Counted from the stretch's first letter, positions 49,723-62,570 are shown. The stretch: DNA of 64,000 nt from Macrostomum lignano (GCA_002269645.1 NIVC01001279.1:258503-322502), one strand, 5' to 3'. The notes: generated by a model from the letters alone, not told the origin. Made by a program: numbers and translations.

Positions 49723-51090
49723 TTATTCCTTGTCCTCATTTTCATCATCAATAGACTCAGGAGCTGCTAACAGTTGATGCACGGGTGTTAGCTCAAAGCT
49801 CTGCGTGTTGCTACTTCCGTCTCTTTGCACTTGCAGATGCAGCTGTTGCTGCTGTCCCGTGTTTTTAGGATAACTGCAGCATCGGCTGTTGATGCGCTGA
49901 AACTCGTCCTCAGCCCCAGCATCCGAATCCGATTCAGAATTCGATGATGAACCATCGTTATAATCGTGATCTTCGGCGATCTGCTCCGCCTCTCGGGATC
50001 TGCAATTGTTGGCGCTTAGATCGTTGAAATCCTCTTCGCTGACTAGAGGAATGGCCATGGGATGATTGGCTTGTCGCAGTTCTGACGGCGGGTGCGAATG
50101 GTTGGCCTTGCTAGCACGCCGGGCCAGTTTCTGATCGACGCTGCCAGCTGGTTGAGCTCCCCAAATCCGTCGCCAGTAGCACAGAACTAAACGGTATCCA
50201 TCGGCAAAGTTTCTGTTTAGTATGCCGTAAATAATCCAGTTGTCACAGGCGCTTGATATGCTAAATATGCCAAGGTAGCGATGAATCTGAGGATTGTATT
50301 GAAAGCTTGGATCAACGCCGAATAAAATCATTACCGGTAGCCAGTGAAGAAAGAATGACACTAGTGATATAAAGAGCGGCAGCGTTGCACGTCTTTCGCG
50401 GCTCAGTTTTCTGGCCAGAAAAGCGGCATTGGCGGCTCCCATGTGCTGTTGCAAGTTTCGTCTTGTGCGCCTGAGTACGGAAAAAATCAATGCGTAGCAG
50501 GCGATGCAGACTACCACACAAGGCAAGAAGCACAGGACATTGATGTACACGGCAATTGCAATTGGGTGTTTAGTGTAGTTTAAGTGGCAGACGTCGATCA
50601 CCTGATTGTAGTTGTATTGGAATAGCTGAGTGCCTGATGGCAGTGCCACTTGTATCACACTATATGTCCACAGTCCGATGCACCAAAGTGCGCTTCGCTT
50701 GTGTCTGAACAGTTGCACGACCAGGTGAGACTTACAGATAACAATGTAGCGAGTGAGTGCTATCAAAGCGCTAAAGTTGACAGTAGCGGCGCAGCTAAAG
50801 AACAGTGCAATACTGAACAATTTGCACCAGGGGCTGTTTGGCATGCCGGGTTGGTGCCATAGCATTCGAATTGAACCCGGGGCGACTAAACCGGCCAAGA
50901 ACAGGTCGGCTGCAGCGAGGTTCGCTACAAAGAGCGAAGTGACATTTTTCATCTTCTTGTGTACTATCACGCAGATTATGATGAGACTGTTGCCAAAAAC
51001 GCCGATAACTGAGAGAGCTATTAGCAGGGCCATGTCTAATGCCATATCGCTTTTGCTGTAGTTTATCTTAGTTGTTTGGTTGTCTGGCAT
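49723..51090 (-). CDS. Intronless class A GPCR, melatonin-receptor-like, 455 aa
   Basis: TM1 GVFGNSLII, TM2 FVANLAAADL, TM3 IALTRYIVIC, TM6 FFLHWLP. TM7/H8 DNWIIYGILNRNFADGY resembles melatonin receptor NAIIYGLLNQNFRKEY. Confidence 0.88.
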   Translation of the reverse strand: MPDNQTTKINYSKSDMALDMALLIALSVIGVFGNSLIIICVIVHKKMKNVTSLFVANLAAADLFLAGLVAPGSIRMLWHQPGMPNSPWCKLFSIALFFSCAATVNFSALIALTRYIVICKSHLVVQLFRHKRSALWCIGLWTYSVIQVALPSGTQLFQYNYNQVIDVCHLNYTKHPIAIAVYINVLCFLPCVVVCIACYALIFSVLRRTRRNLQQHMGAANAAFLARKLSRERRATLPLFISLVSFFLHWLPVMILFGVDPSFQYNPQIHRYLGIFSISSACDNWIIYGILNRNFADGYRLVLCYWRRIWGAQPAGSVDQKLARRASKANHSHPPSELRQANHPMAIPLVSEEDFNDLSANNCRSREAEQIAEDHDYNDGSSSNSESDSDAGAEDEFQRINSRCCSYPKNTGQQQQLHLQVQRDGSSNTQSFELTPVHQLLAAPESIDDENEDKE

Positions 51091-54000
51091 TCTGTCGTTG
51101 AATGCGCTTCAAGCGTCGGTCGCTGTCGTATTAGTAATGTTTTCCTGGGCAAAGTGGAAACAATTGTAGGCTATTGTGTTAGGAAATTAGTTGGCAACAA
51201 AGCCTTTTGTTTGGTCATGGCCTTCAAACACTGTCTGATAGTCGCTGCCTTTGGAGCGTGCTTTTCTGGCTGGAATTTGGAGTTAGAGAGCAAGTGCCTC
51301 AGGCCAGGGATTTTGATGTAGCCGAGCTTTTTCCCACTCTTCGTTTTTAACCTTATATTTCTGGCCTCTCGCCGTCTCCCGCTCGTGGTTAGGTCTGATT
51401 GGCTTTCGCCAGTTTTTCTATGCTTTTCCTATTCCCATCTTTTTGTTGTGCTCTCGTAAATGTCCTTTTGATTTTGTGGGTTTTCTGACGAGTAAATGGA
51501 TAAGAAAGCCAGCTCCCGGGAGATTTCTTATGGTCTTCTACGAGCTATATTTCTAGCTGTCATCAGGAATTCTAAGCTAGATGCAATAAGTGTGTTGCAT
51601 GTCAAAACCTCGGGTAATTTTTTTATTTTCCCACATTGGCGGCTGATAGCATGCAGAGCTTCGTGACAAAAATTCTTACTTCGCTTGCGTAAAGACAACT
51701 TTATGTGGCACACTAACGAATCTAGCCAGTGTCCCTCGAAGTTCCCAGACCCAGTGTGGATATTCACAATATTTGATGATTTCTGACAGACTTGTCACTG
51801 TTACACTGTAATTCTGGCTCCTGCGCTATCAGCTCTGCTCCCTGCCTGTCTGTCTTTCATCGGGTCACGCAAGCCTTGCATTCGAGAAGTTAAGGCAGCG
51901 GCTTTAACAATAGCCCTCAGAGCATTCCAGCTTCCGGTCTGAGAGACTTCTTTTAGCTCGTATTATTAAATTTTCAGTGCCCATAGTTGCGTATTTATCA
52001 TATAGAAATTTTCATCAATATTTAGTTTTTGCACTTAGTATCTAAAAAATGGAATGAGTTCATAATAGTGTGGCCACGCATATATAGAGCCCAATATAAC
52101 GGAGTTAGATCAACTAGCTTACTGTAAGTAAAAATATATTGTAGTCATGGAAATGTTACGAGCGTATCCTAGCTAATAGCACTGCTCAGCATTGGCTTAA
52201 TTATTTCAAAAAGTCCTATCGTTTTTAACTTTTTTATGGCTTTGTCGATATCGAACGATAGAACGATATCGACTTTGTCGATGGGGTTTAATTATAATTT
52301 TATTTCTTTGTAAGTCTTCATGGCTGCATGTCATATAAGGCTGAGTTGCAAAAATATCTATGCGAAATCTCTGTCACTCAGAGGCTAGTATCCTTTCATG
52401 TCGCTTAAGAATGGTGACGGGTGTTAAAATCGATTTTTTTTATTTCACCGACCATATATTTTCGGCACCGGTGAGCAAGTAAGCTTTCTTTGACTGATAG
52501 ATTGTGTAAAGATGCATTAGATTCTGTCTTGGGAAATGACTGACTGAGCGTGCTTCGAGATATGTTAGCTCTTATTCCCCTTGCAATTCGAAGGCATTAT
52601 AATTAATATGAGTCAAAGCGAATGAGTAGCAGATGTTAGTTTATTTTTTGTATAGGGATACGAAACAAAACACTCCAAATCATTTAAATGCCGGATGTTT
52701 TGTTAAACGAAACGCTTGACAAGTTTTTTCACTTGTCAGGATAGCGCTTGACTAATTGTCACTTGTAACTTGTAGATTTGTCACAACTTCTCATGGAACG
52801 CATTAGTTGGCGGAATGTCACTTGTCACCTGTAATTTGTCTGGCAAGTGGCTTCATGAGATCCACCCCAGCTATATAGAAAATTTAATAAATTTTTAAAT
52901 GCTATTGAAGAGTGTACAAAATATGACTTTTTCTTCAAGGATAAAAATCCAGATATCTAGTATGTTTTCTACAATAGTTCAAATTAACTTTACATCCTTC
53001 TTTAACGAAGACAGTTGCTTTTTCTGTTATTTTTCCGGACCGACTAGTTGCGTGTCTTAACAATATTTTGATTCCTGCTTTGTAGAGCTGCGTTACAAAG
53101 TATTGATTTATGGTTTTATTTCCGTTTCCGTTTCGCCACATTTGATCTGCGACGATGTGAAAGTTTATCTACCTTTATTATGCGAATGTAGCTAGACGAA
53201 TCTAATTAGTTTATTTATTTAGTTGCCTTTATCTTACGCTCCCATATCACTCAAAGACATGCGAAAGGTAATCTTGTAAATTCCCCCATATGCGTGTGTG
53301 TTTTGGGTAAAGCAAAGCTGTGTAGCCGAACTTCGGCCCCTTTGTATAGTCCGATGTCTGGGGTTTTGTGTAAACACTTGAGTCGCTGCAGGGACTATCG
53401 CTATGTTTTATGAATATTTTGCTGCAATACCGCACTGTATGCATTTTTTATCCACAGTAAATGTATCAGAGGATTTCGTATAGATATTAGCACAAATTAG
53501 CATTGGTTTTCCTGCGACTTGGAGCTTTAAGTTTTTAACGAAACGAGCGGTATATTAATCAATCAGATTCGCCTCTAGTTCGCGTGCACTTGTGCAACTT
53601 ATCTACAAACATTGGCTGAGTTTTTTATTTATGCTGGTGTCTGGCTTAGCTCTGTCTAAATTTAATTTAATGTGTGCTTCATCCCTTTTTTGGGTCGGCG
53701 CTCCTTTCTAACTAATCTTTATGAAGGCCGCTGCTAGCTTACCATTCTAGTTTTTGGTAGACCACACATGACTTTGCTCGTATGTCTACCCGGAATTTAC
53801 CAGTGTTTTTACTAGCCCTCTCTAGTCCAACCCTTGTGGTTTTTGGTATCTCGCTGCTACTCCCGGTCCTTCAGTAAAGGCGGGTTCACATTACCACAGT
53901 AAGCTCCACGGGTCTAAGATTTCTCAAATCAAATTTAACATGGGCGTGAACCAACTGTAAATTGATTCAATCAATCTTGGATCCACAGAGCTACGAGCGG

Positions 54001-55194
54001 TAATGTGAACGGACCCTAAGGTTACTGCACCACCCTGGTAGTTCGGTAGGCTACTTCTACCACTAGTTCTTGGATCTTCGGGTAGGCAACTTTCCCTTTG
54101 CTTCTTCTGTAGTCTACAGTATCCCTCTCTTCAGTGATTCAATATATGGTTTGTAATTTGGTTGTGACGCTTGTGACGGAATGCATGTAGTGACAAGCAA
54201 AGGTTAATTTAATGGCAGACACCTATACTTTGCAGCACTGCAGTTAAAATGTCATCGTTGTTCTTTCTGTCTCCCAATTCTCTCTGGGTGTCACGTTTGA
54301 ACGTTCCGTCGCTTTGTCTGAATTCCTGTCGTGTAAGTTCGTGGTACTGGATTGAATTTGCATCCGAAATCTCATTTTTTCATTTGGATAATGTTTCTTA
54401 GTTTTGCTTTATCACGACATTCAGTCAGTCAGTCAGACGGTATTATAGCTTTGGTAGATAGCAGCAAATTGTTTTTTTGTTCCGACGCTATGAGAGGACG
54501 GATATACGGGGTCGAACGAATGAGGTAATAAATCTTTTTTGACGTAGATTCTGGAAACATTTATGTATTGTATTCGTGTGTGTGTGTGTGTTTCCTGGCA
54601 CTAACTTTCTTCTGTTTTGCTGATTCTGGCAAAGTGTCCCCGGCGTGGCCGCACGAATTGCTTTGCAAAGTATGTTTTTGTGCGTAGTTTAGTAGGTGTA
54701 TTATGTGTGGGAAGCATCTGAATTACACAAAGCATTTCGATAGGAGTTAGGCTTGCGTTCGATCATCAAAAAAAGTTTTTCATGGTCCTCCCATCCGCAA
54801 CCAAGCCTTTTACTTCCCTCTTGTGGGCCACTCCTAGATTGCACTTAAGGACTGGATCCCATTATTAAACATTCCTGGTGGTACAGTCGAATGGGCTTTC
54901 CATCTGTGTTGACTAACGACCGATTTCCATCTCGAGTCAGGCATTATTAATAATATAAAGTAAAGGCTTATAAAGTGCATATTTCTAAAATCTAAGGAAT
55001 GGGATATTAAGATCAAATTTATAGCGAATGTTTTGCACTTTTAGACAGGACAGTTTTGTTTTATTTTCAAAGACTGAATCGATGTGGTTGTGTTTTAGCT
55101 GTTTTGCCTTAATGCCTTGTGATCGGATTGAGTCGAGACGGGCTAAAGCTTCCAGCGTGACGCTGACGCTGTAATCACAAAATAAATACAGTCT

Positions 55195-56907
55195 TGTGGC
55201 GGCCAGACTACGCGACCGGCAGCACCAGTGCAGCCGCACTGGAAACCCCCCCCGCCTCTGTCTAGCTGAGGTGGGGTGGGTACGCGCCAAGCTAGCCGGC
55301 TCGCTAAGCCGGGGGGGTTGGCGTAGCCAATCACGCCATGCCACCTTTTCGCACCTCCCTTGGCCCCTCAATCTGGCGTTGTTTGTAAATCTCATATAAA
55401 TACACGCGCAAAGCAGCACAAACTCTTCGCTGCCATTCCATCTATTGAAACAAAAAGGCCTTCCGCCTCATTGGTGAGCCCGACACCCAGCGCGGAACGC
55501 TGGGCCTACCTGGTCGGCCCTGTGCGGTCCTGGCAGCCAACCGCCTTGGCCGACTGCAACGGCAGCACCGCAGCACAGCAGCACCGCAGCACCGCAGCAC
55601 CGCAGCACCGCAGCACCGCAGCACAGCAGCACCGCAGCCCAGCAGCACCGCAGCCCAGCAGCACGAATCGGCCCAGTCAGCCCGCCCCCCGGTAGCTCCT
55701 GGGGTCTCGCCTTTCGGCCCCCGCGTTGGACCAACCAGCGCCACACGCTGCAGCTACTTCTAGGTTAGCACCGCTGCTGCTAGCCTAACGTCCCCAGCCT
55801 CTGTGCAGGAGCATCGATCCGGCTCACGGCGGCAACTGACTGTCGATTGCCTCTGGTGTGGTACGGCCGCGCGCCCCTGCTGCCTTCGGCGCCCACCTGG
55901 CGCCCTGCTGCCATCGGCGCCCGCCTGGCGCCCTGCTGCTATCGGTGCCCGCCTGGCGCCCTGCTGCTATCGGCGCACGCCTGGCGTTCTGCTGCCTTCG
56001 GCGCCCGCCTGGCGCCCTGCTGCCTTCGGCGCCCGCCTGGCGCCCTGCTGCCTTCGGCGCCCGCCTCGCGCCCCTGCCGCCTTCGGCGCCCGCCTGGCGC
56101 CCTGCTGCTGCCTTCGGCGCCCGCCTGGCGCCCTGCTGCTGCCTTCGGCGCCCGCCTGGCGCCCTGCTGCTGCCTTCGGCGCCCGCCTGGCGCCCTGCTG
56201 CCTTCGGCGCCCGCCTGGCGCCCTGCTGCCTTCGGCGCCCGCCTGGCGCCCTGCTGCCTTCGGCGCCCGCCTGGCGCCCTGCTGCCTTCGGCGCCCGCCT
56301 GGCGCCCTGCTGCCTTCGGCGCCCGCCCGGCGCCCGCCTGGCGCCCTGCTGCTTTCGGCGCCCGCCCGGAGACCGCTCGGCGACCTGCTGCCATCGGCGC
56401 CCGCTCGGCGACCTGCTGCCATCGGCGCCCGCTCGGCGACCTGCTGCCATCGGCGCCCGCTCGGCGACCTGCTGCCATCGGCGCCCGCTCGGCGACCTGC
56501 TGCCATCGGCGCTCTGCTGCCTTCGGCGCCCGCCTCGCGCCCCCGCCGCCTTCGGCGCCCGCTCCTCGGCGCTCTCGCTGCCTCGGCTACCACCCGACGT
56601 TCGGGGCCTAGCTCGGTGCTGGGGGAGCTGTGTGGCGGCCAGACTACGCGACCGGCAGCACCAGTGCAGCCGCACTGGAAACCCCCCCCCCGCCTCTGTC
56701 TAGCTGAGGTGGGGTGGGTACGCGCCAAGCTAGCCGGCTCGCTAAGCCGGGGGGTTGGCGTAGCCAATCACGCCATGCCACCTTTTCGCACCTCCCTTGG
56801 CCCCTCAATCTGGCGTTGTTTGTAAATCTCATATAAATACACGCGCAAAGCAGCACAAACTCTTCGCTGCCATTCCATCTATTGAAACAAAAAGGCCTTC
56901 CGCCTCA
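55195..56907 (+). mobile_element. Complete non-autonomous LTR retroelement (TRIM-like): LTRs 55195-55470 and 56631-56907, PBS-like TGGTGAGCCCGAC at 55472, PPT GGGGGAG at 56621, non-coding tandem-repeat interior
   Basis: TG...CA LTRs appear to differ only in C- and G-homopolymer length. 4-bp TSD GTCT (55191-55194, 56908-56911). No gag/pol motifs. Confidence 0.95.
55875..56570. repeat. GC-rich 28-bp tandem array inside the LTR element (GCCTTCGGCGCCCGCCTGGCGCCCTGCT; 3' variant GCCATCGGCGCCCGCTCGGCGACCTGCT)
   Basis: Unit starts at 56173, 56201, 56229, 56257 (CCTTCGG register). Confidence 0.93.
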
Positions 56908-59719
56908 GTCTAGCTCTTTTTGACACATCCTTGATTCTAAAGGGCCCATTTATCGCTTCCCTCCCAGCCTCTGACGAGTACAAGTATGTTGTTTTATAGT
57001 TTCACCTTTCTTCGTGCACTTCTTATTTTGCCCGAGGGGGGGCTGTGGAAACGAGACTGGCTTGTCGAGAGGTTAAGCCTAAGTGTCTGTCGATCTGAAG
57101 ACTCGCGCTAGCGAGATGATACTTAGTGCTGGAGGCGGTACAAAGATTCTAGCTCTATTTTAGAGAGGAAATTATTATAGAGAGGACATTGCCAGCTAAA
57201 AAAGAGAATGAAAAAGGAATATTTTAAATTGGATTTAGACGATGTCTTATCACCGCAGCTGTTTCTGTCTGCTGTCAAGTAGGTGCCGGATCTCTCCAAT
57301 GAAGAGATTAAATACTGGATCGATTATGTCCTTTCGATACAGTTAGTGCACTGAGATTATGTTCAATCGAATCGTCTCAGAATACTAATCGATTTCTAAC
57401 TCTGCGGGAGGTAATTTGTCTTGGTAAGGACAGTAAGCAAAGAAGATTACACTGCTAATCGATGTCTAAGGCCCATTGATTTTCAAGCTGCTCCCATGTG
57501 CACGTGTGTCTGCTCAAGGCTAGATATAACATGTAGTACGATTGAGGCTAGACTGATTAGCATTTCGGTGTCTCAGAGCAGCCCTTTAATTCAATAATTA
57601 TAGTCGATTTCCATGTCTGTTGTTTTCAATTTTCTAGTAGGGCTTCGTTTAGCCCTTGAGTCGTGCTCCAGTGATTTTAAGAGAAGACTTGTATCAGCAA
57701 TGTTTCAGCAAGTTGCAAAGCTAAAATTTATTCAAGCAGAATCTTGCAATTAATCACTTGAGAGGCTTAAAAATCCTATTTTGAGTTAAAGGAACCTCCC
57801 ATGGCTGACCAACCAGCCGTGTCTTAGTTGGGCTTCAATTTGCACTTTTGTCCGTTGCTCAGACACTTTGTTACTTTTATTTTTAATTTCCTCTTGAATT
57901 TTTCGGAGCCTATTATCCATTAGGCCTATACTTTTGCCTAATGCCCGGTTTTATTCGAATATGTCTGAAACAGGAAGCTTTTTTAAAGAGATCGAGAATC
58001 TGTGGTGAGGGGCTGACTTTAAAGGCCTCTGAAATATTTTGCAGAAGTTTCTCTTGCAGTTTACTTGGGGGTTCAATCCGCATTGGGCTTCTCTATAGGC
58101 TTTGTAATCCAATCAGATTTCCATGCCAATGCTTGCATGCTGGCTCCCTTTTTGCCTACTAGTATTACCTCTCTCTCTCTCTAATTCCCTATTCTCCGAT
58201 TTCTTTCCTTCTCTGGGCAACAAGTTCTCTCTGCTATCAGCTTTATCGAGTTCTTATTTTCAGCATATACTACGAGCGTATTTATCTCACTATGGGATTC
58301 GCTCTGATTAAAGAGTTTAGTCGGCCGCGTGCGATTAGCGATCGCGTATATTTTATTTGTAGCTTGTTTATTTTCCTATTCTGCTTTACATTTCTTGGAA
58401 ATTTTGTTTGGATGCTTGAATTTGCGCTCAAATTTAATACCGCCGTTAATCAGAAAAAAATTAAAGCGTAGTCGATACGAACTCAAGTGCTCAATAGTAC
58501 AAATTAAAGACTAAAAATAGAAAAAATGCCTAATCTTAAAATAATTTCCACCATTATACGAGCATATAGATTTTCCGGCAAGTTGGTTGTTCAATTACTT
58601 TCTGTTCAAATAAGTTACTGTCGCCACAATGAAGTATCGATTGATGCGGGCGACGCCTAATCTCATTAAATTTGTATTAGTTTGATCCGTACTGGTTCGC
58701 TTGCTAGCAATTTTCCCCTTAGATGCGGGAGTAGTTCCTGGAGTAGAAATTGGGACTAGCGATTTTCCCGTTGCGGGTGCGGGGAGTTTTGGTCAATCTA
58801 ATTTGGCTGCACGGACTCTCGGCAACGATGGGCGCGGCGTCAACTTGCAATCCCGCGTTCTGTCCTGTTTTCCATATAGCTCTGCACTGGGTCCGTAGCA
58901 GCCTTAGTCCGATGCCTCTGCCCCTCGCGTGCTGCGAGGTGAGTATTCGGGAAATAGGGGAGTGGGAAATTTTTGCCTGCTCGATTTTCTCCTCCCTTCA
59001 TCCTCTTCTTCCTTAAATTTCCCCCCGTTCCGCGGATAAACTGCCTGTCCGCGCATCCTGCATGGTCCGCGTATGGGTGGGGGCTACATGGGTTTTGGTA
59101 AGAGATCCTCTCCTGAAATTGTCGATTTTTCCTATGCGTTTCAGTTGCCAATAGGGGAGGCTGAGGTGGGGTAGGTAATTCGGTTTTAGACAATTCTCAA
59201 CTGCAAGCCTAGAAGCCTGGCGTCGTTTCCCTCTTGACTTGGCGGTCGCTGCGACAGTGTCCAGTTTCCAGTTCTCACATGCATGAGGGTAGCGGTCTCT
59301 CGATTTTTTTTGTATTTCCCCTTTTTCCTCTTTGTGCTCACTGCATGTTGGGGGAAGACGGGTATTTTGAGACGTTTCCTATAATGGGAAGAAATGACTT
59401 CCTTAATTTCGTCTTTAGAGCGCTGAGAAACAAGCCAGGACAGACAGTGAACTAGGTCGAAAAGTTGATGCGGTGCAGCGTTTTTTAATTCTCAATTCGC
59501 CTTGATGACAGGGTGGCTTAGTCACCACTCGGGAATTACATTTGAAACCTATGACAAACACTAAATCCCGTGACACTTTTAAGGAATCAAACAATCGGCA
59601 TCTTCAGGCAATTATACCAGAAAGAAGGTAATTTTTTAAGCCTAGTAAGCCAATATGATGCAAATAAGCAGGTATGGGTAGCAAAGTTAGATGGCACTGA
59701 TTGAGAGGCAAGGGCATAG

Positions 59720-60036
59720 GTCAGGACACTCGCCCCTCTACCACCAAGTCGGATGTTCATGGCGGGCTTTAGCTGTTTAATGTACAACGCCTCAGGAATA
59801 GACAACTTCATACTCTGGCGGTTGCGATCAATAATTTCAAAGGGCCTGTCAACAAAAAAGTGACAAAAATTGGACCTGGGATAGAAGAGAACAAGCAAGG
59901 GGATAATTAGGGCATGTCTAACTTTTGCGCATTTGTTGCACATCAGGAGGTGGTCGTACACAGCGCTTGCTATTGCACAGTCCTCCTTAACCCGTGTGTG
60001 TAGGTGCTTTTCATTTTTACCTATGTAAACCCGCAT
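59720..60036 (-). pseudogene. Penelope-like element remnant, GIY-YIG endonuclease C-terminal part
   Basis: VYIGK..KHLHTRVKE....SAVYDHLLMC...FEIIDR....KLSIPEALYIKQLKPAMN pattern typical of the PLE endonuclease. Confidence 0.85.
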
Positions 60037-60766
60037 TGCTCAGCAACGCTCGAGAATTTGTAGATGACTCCCGCACACAAGGTTTTCGGTACACTGGACT
60101 TGAGTCTGTCTATTTGGTGGAGACGTTTGCTCATTAAGTGAGACTTGCTTTCACTAGGTGTTGATTATCTTGATTTATGTAGCACAGCTGTAGCTGTGAT
60201 TTGCGTAATCACAATATATCAGTATCTATCGATGGGAAATTGTCGCCGCCTGATCCTGTATTGACGTTTTTCCACTATTGCATCGCAATTGGAACTACAT
60301 TCACTCTATAGTTTTTCACCTTAGCACTCCAGAGCTTGCTACAAGTGTACTGTTAATATTTGTTAAATATCAACTCTCGATTTCGAAACATGATGTGGGG
60401 CAAGCGGCATACATCAGCTATTGACAGCAAGGCTTATAATTTATAATAAACTTTTATAATTTGCTACAGAATTCTCAGGGCTGCATGCATAGGATGCCGG
60501 CCACTAGCTGTATGGTTATAAAAGATTTTCAACTGTAAAAGATTACACGTGTTTTGAAATTTCGATTCTAGCCACACCTTTGACTAGAAAATTATTATTT
60601 TTAATGTAAAAATGCGCCCCGTCTGGTGTTCTGCAATTGCGCAGCGCATCTGAGGGCTGCGCACAGCCTGTGCATAGTGCTGGCACTGCGGGGGTCGTGA
60701 CTCCACACCCTGTACATGTATATGTCTGCTGCAGCTCAGACTGCTACCCTATCACAGTCTCACAGT

Positions 60767-61084
60767 GGGGGTTGTAGCCTAGTGTTTAGAGTGTCTTGAC
60801 TCACGACTGAAAGGTCGGGGATTCGATTCTTGACCCTTTCGCGGCACTCTGAACAATTTTTGTCCTTGAGCAAGACACAAATCTGCATTACTTCAGTTCA
60901 CCCAGCTGTAAAATGGGTGCCAGCATTAGCTAGGGTAATTGAGGGTGTGTGTAGCGACCCCCCAGTCCTTGGACTGAACAGCCGTAGGCAGCCTTCAGAT
61001 TCGCCGCGCAATCGCTGCGGCTGAGCTGTCGGTTGCACATCTGCCTATTGGGGGCAGGTGTAATCACACAATTATTATTATTAC
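60767..61084 (+). mobile_element. Full-length CORE-like tRNA SINE
   Basis: Same head (GTAGCCTAGTG, GATTCGATTC), body GTCCTTGAGCAAGACAC..CACCCAGCTGTAAAATGGG and (ATT)n tail as the 9870 copy. Confidence 0.88.
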
Positions 61085-61306
61085 AACAGGGTGAACTGCA
61101 GCTCAGCCTAATTCGCCGCTGCGTAGCCTTATTAAGCTGCGTAGGAATCCCGGCCCCAATGCTGCTTAACTTGCATACATGGATACTCTGTAACACTAGC
61201 ACAATATTACATGTATCTAATAAATATATTATTTCTTTTTTCACTCGTTAAATTTCAAAATGTCATCTTAAATCTTCAGTGATAGCAAGTGTTGGGAGGA
61301 CAGAAC

Positions 61307-61738
61307 ATGGAGCAGGCTCCTCAGCGGCAGCAGATGCAGAAACAGCAAATAACAATTTTTGCTGTCTCTTCTCTCGCCTCCGCCGAGGCGATTGCAGCCG
61401 CTGAATTGCTAGCTTCAGCTCCTCTAATTGCTTGCGATCGTTGCAATTTGAAACTGCCGGCAGTAGACATGCCCAGTCATCGGCAGGTGTGCATTGTCGA
61501 TCCTGACTTGTTCGCCACTCTGGCCCTGCGGCCATCCACTGCGCCAGCTGACTCTTACGGTTGTCCGGTGTGCGGCCAGTTTCAGGCCAGCGCGGCCAAG
61601 CTGGCTGAGCACAGAGCTCGACGGCATGATTTTACTGGGACTGGCAGTAAGCCGCAGTACAGGTGCCATCGGTGTCGATTGATCTGCGTTGGGGTTACTG
61701 GACTCAGGGAGCATATGCGGTTGAGACACGGCTCGTGA
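61307..61738 (+). CDS. Small C2H2 zinc-finger protein or terminal exon (two C2H2 fingers plus a CxxC..H..C finger)
   Basis: CDRC..MPSHRQVC; YGCPVCGQ..LAEHRARRH; YRCHRCRL..LREHMRLRH. Confidence 0.72.
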   Translation: MEQAPQRQQMQKQQITIFAVSSLASAEAIAAAELLASAPLIACDRCNLKLPAVDMPSHRQVCIVDPDLFATLALRPSTAPADSYGCPVCGQFQASAAKLAEHRARRHDFTGTGSKPQYRCHRCRLICVGVTGLREHMRLRHGS

Positions 61739-62019
61739 CTGAATCTATAGTTTTTTTTCTATTTCTGATTTGTAGATCAGATAGCAAGTTGGATTGCTTT
61801 ATTGGGAATACCAATCCCAAAGAAGTTAAGAAGATCAGTTTTACGTCAATAAGATCAAACTAAATTTTGGCTAATTTTTCTACGAAATAACAGACTAACA
61901 ACTTTCGAAAATGGCTGATGAAAAATGGATTTGTTTCAGTCGTTTTAGAGAAAATGATTAGATGTAGATGTTTAGATTATATGACACCGATAAAAAGGCC
62001 ATAAGGTGGGGCTAAAATA

Positions 62020-62570
62020 AACCTGTTTAGGTCCTAAGATTAGGCTAAAATAGGCCCCTTTTAGGTCCTAAGATTAGGCTAAAATAGGCCCGTTTTATGT
62101 CCTAAGATTAGGCTAAAGTATGTTCATTTAGGTCATAAGATTGGGCTAAAGTATGTTCATTTAGGTCATAAGATTGGGCTAAAGTATGTTTATTTAGGTC
62201 ATAAGATGGCTAAATGTTCATTTGGTCATAAGATTGGGCTAAAGTATGTTTGATTGGCTAAAGTATGTTTTTTAGGTCCTTTGGGCTAAAGTATTTTGGT
62301 CATAAGATTGGGTTTTTTGGTCCTAAGATTGGGCTAAAGTATGTTTATTTAGGTCATAAGATTGGGCTAAAGTATGTTTATTTAGGTCCTAAGATTGGGC
62401 TAAAGTATGTTTATTTAGTTAAGATTGGTAAAGTATGTTTATTTAGGTCATAACCTAAGATTATTTAGATCCTAAGATTGGGCTTAGGTTTATGTCATAA
62501 GATTGGGCTGAAATCGGCCTGTTTTAGGTCCTAAGATTGGACTAAAGTATGTTCATTTAGGTCTTAAGCA
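62020..62570. repeat. ~33-bp degenerate tandem array (TTAGGTCATAAGATTGGGCTAAAGTATGTTTAT)
   Basis: Units at 62161, 62194, ... Confidence 0.9.

Noticed and set aside
36914-51962. TACGAGC.../...GCTCGTA pairs (36914-38052, 51539-51962) as TIRs of intact elements
   Set aside because: Inverted complementarity does not extend beyond the 9-nt motif.
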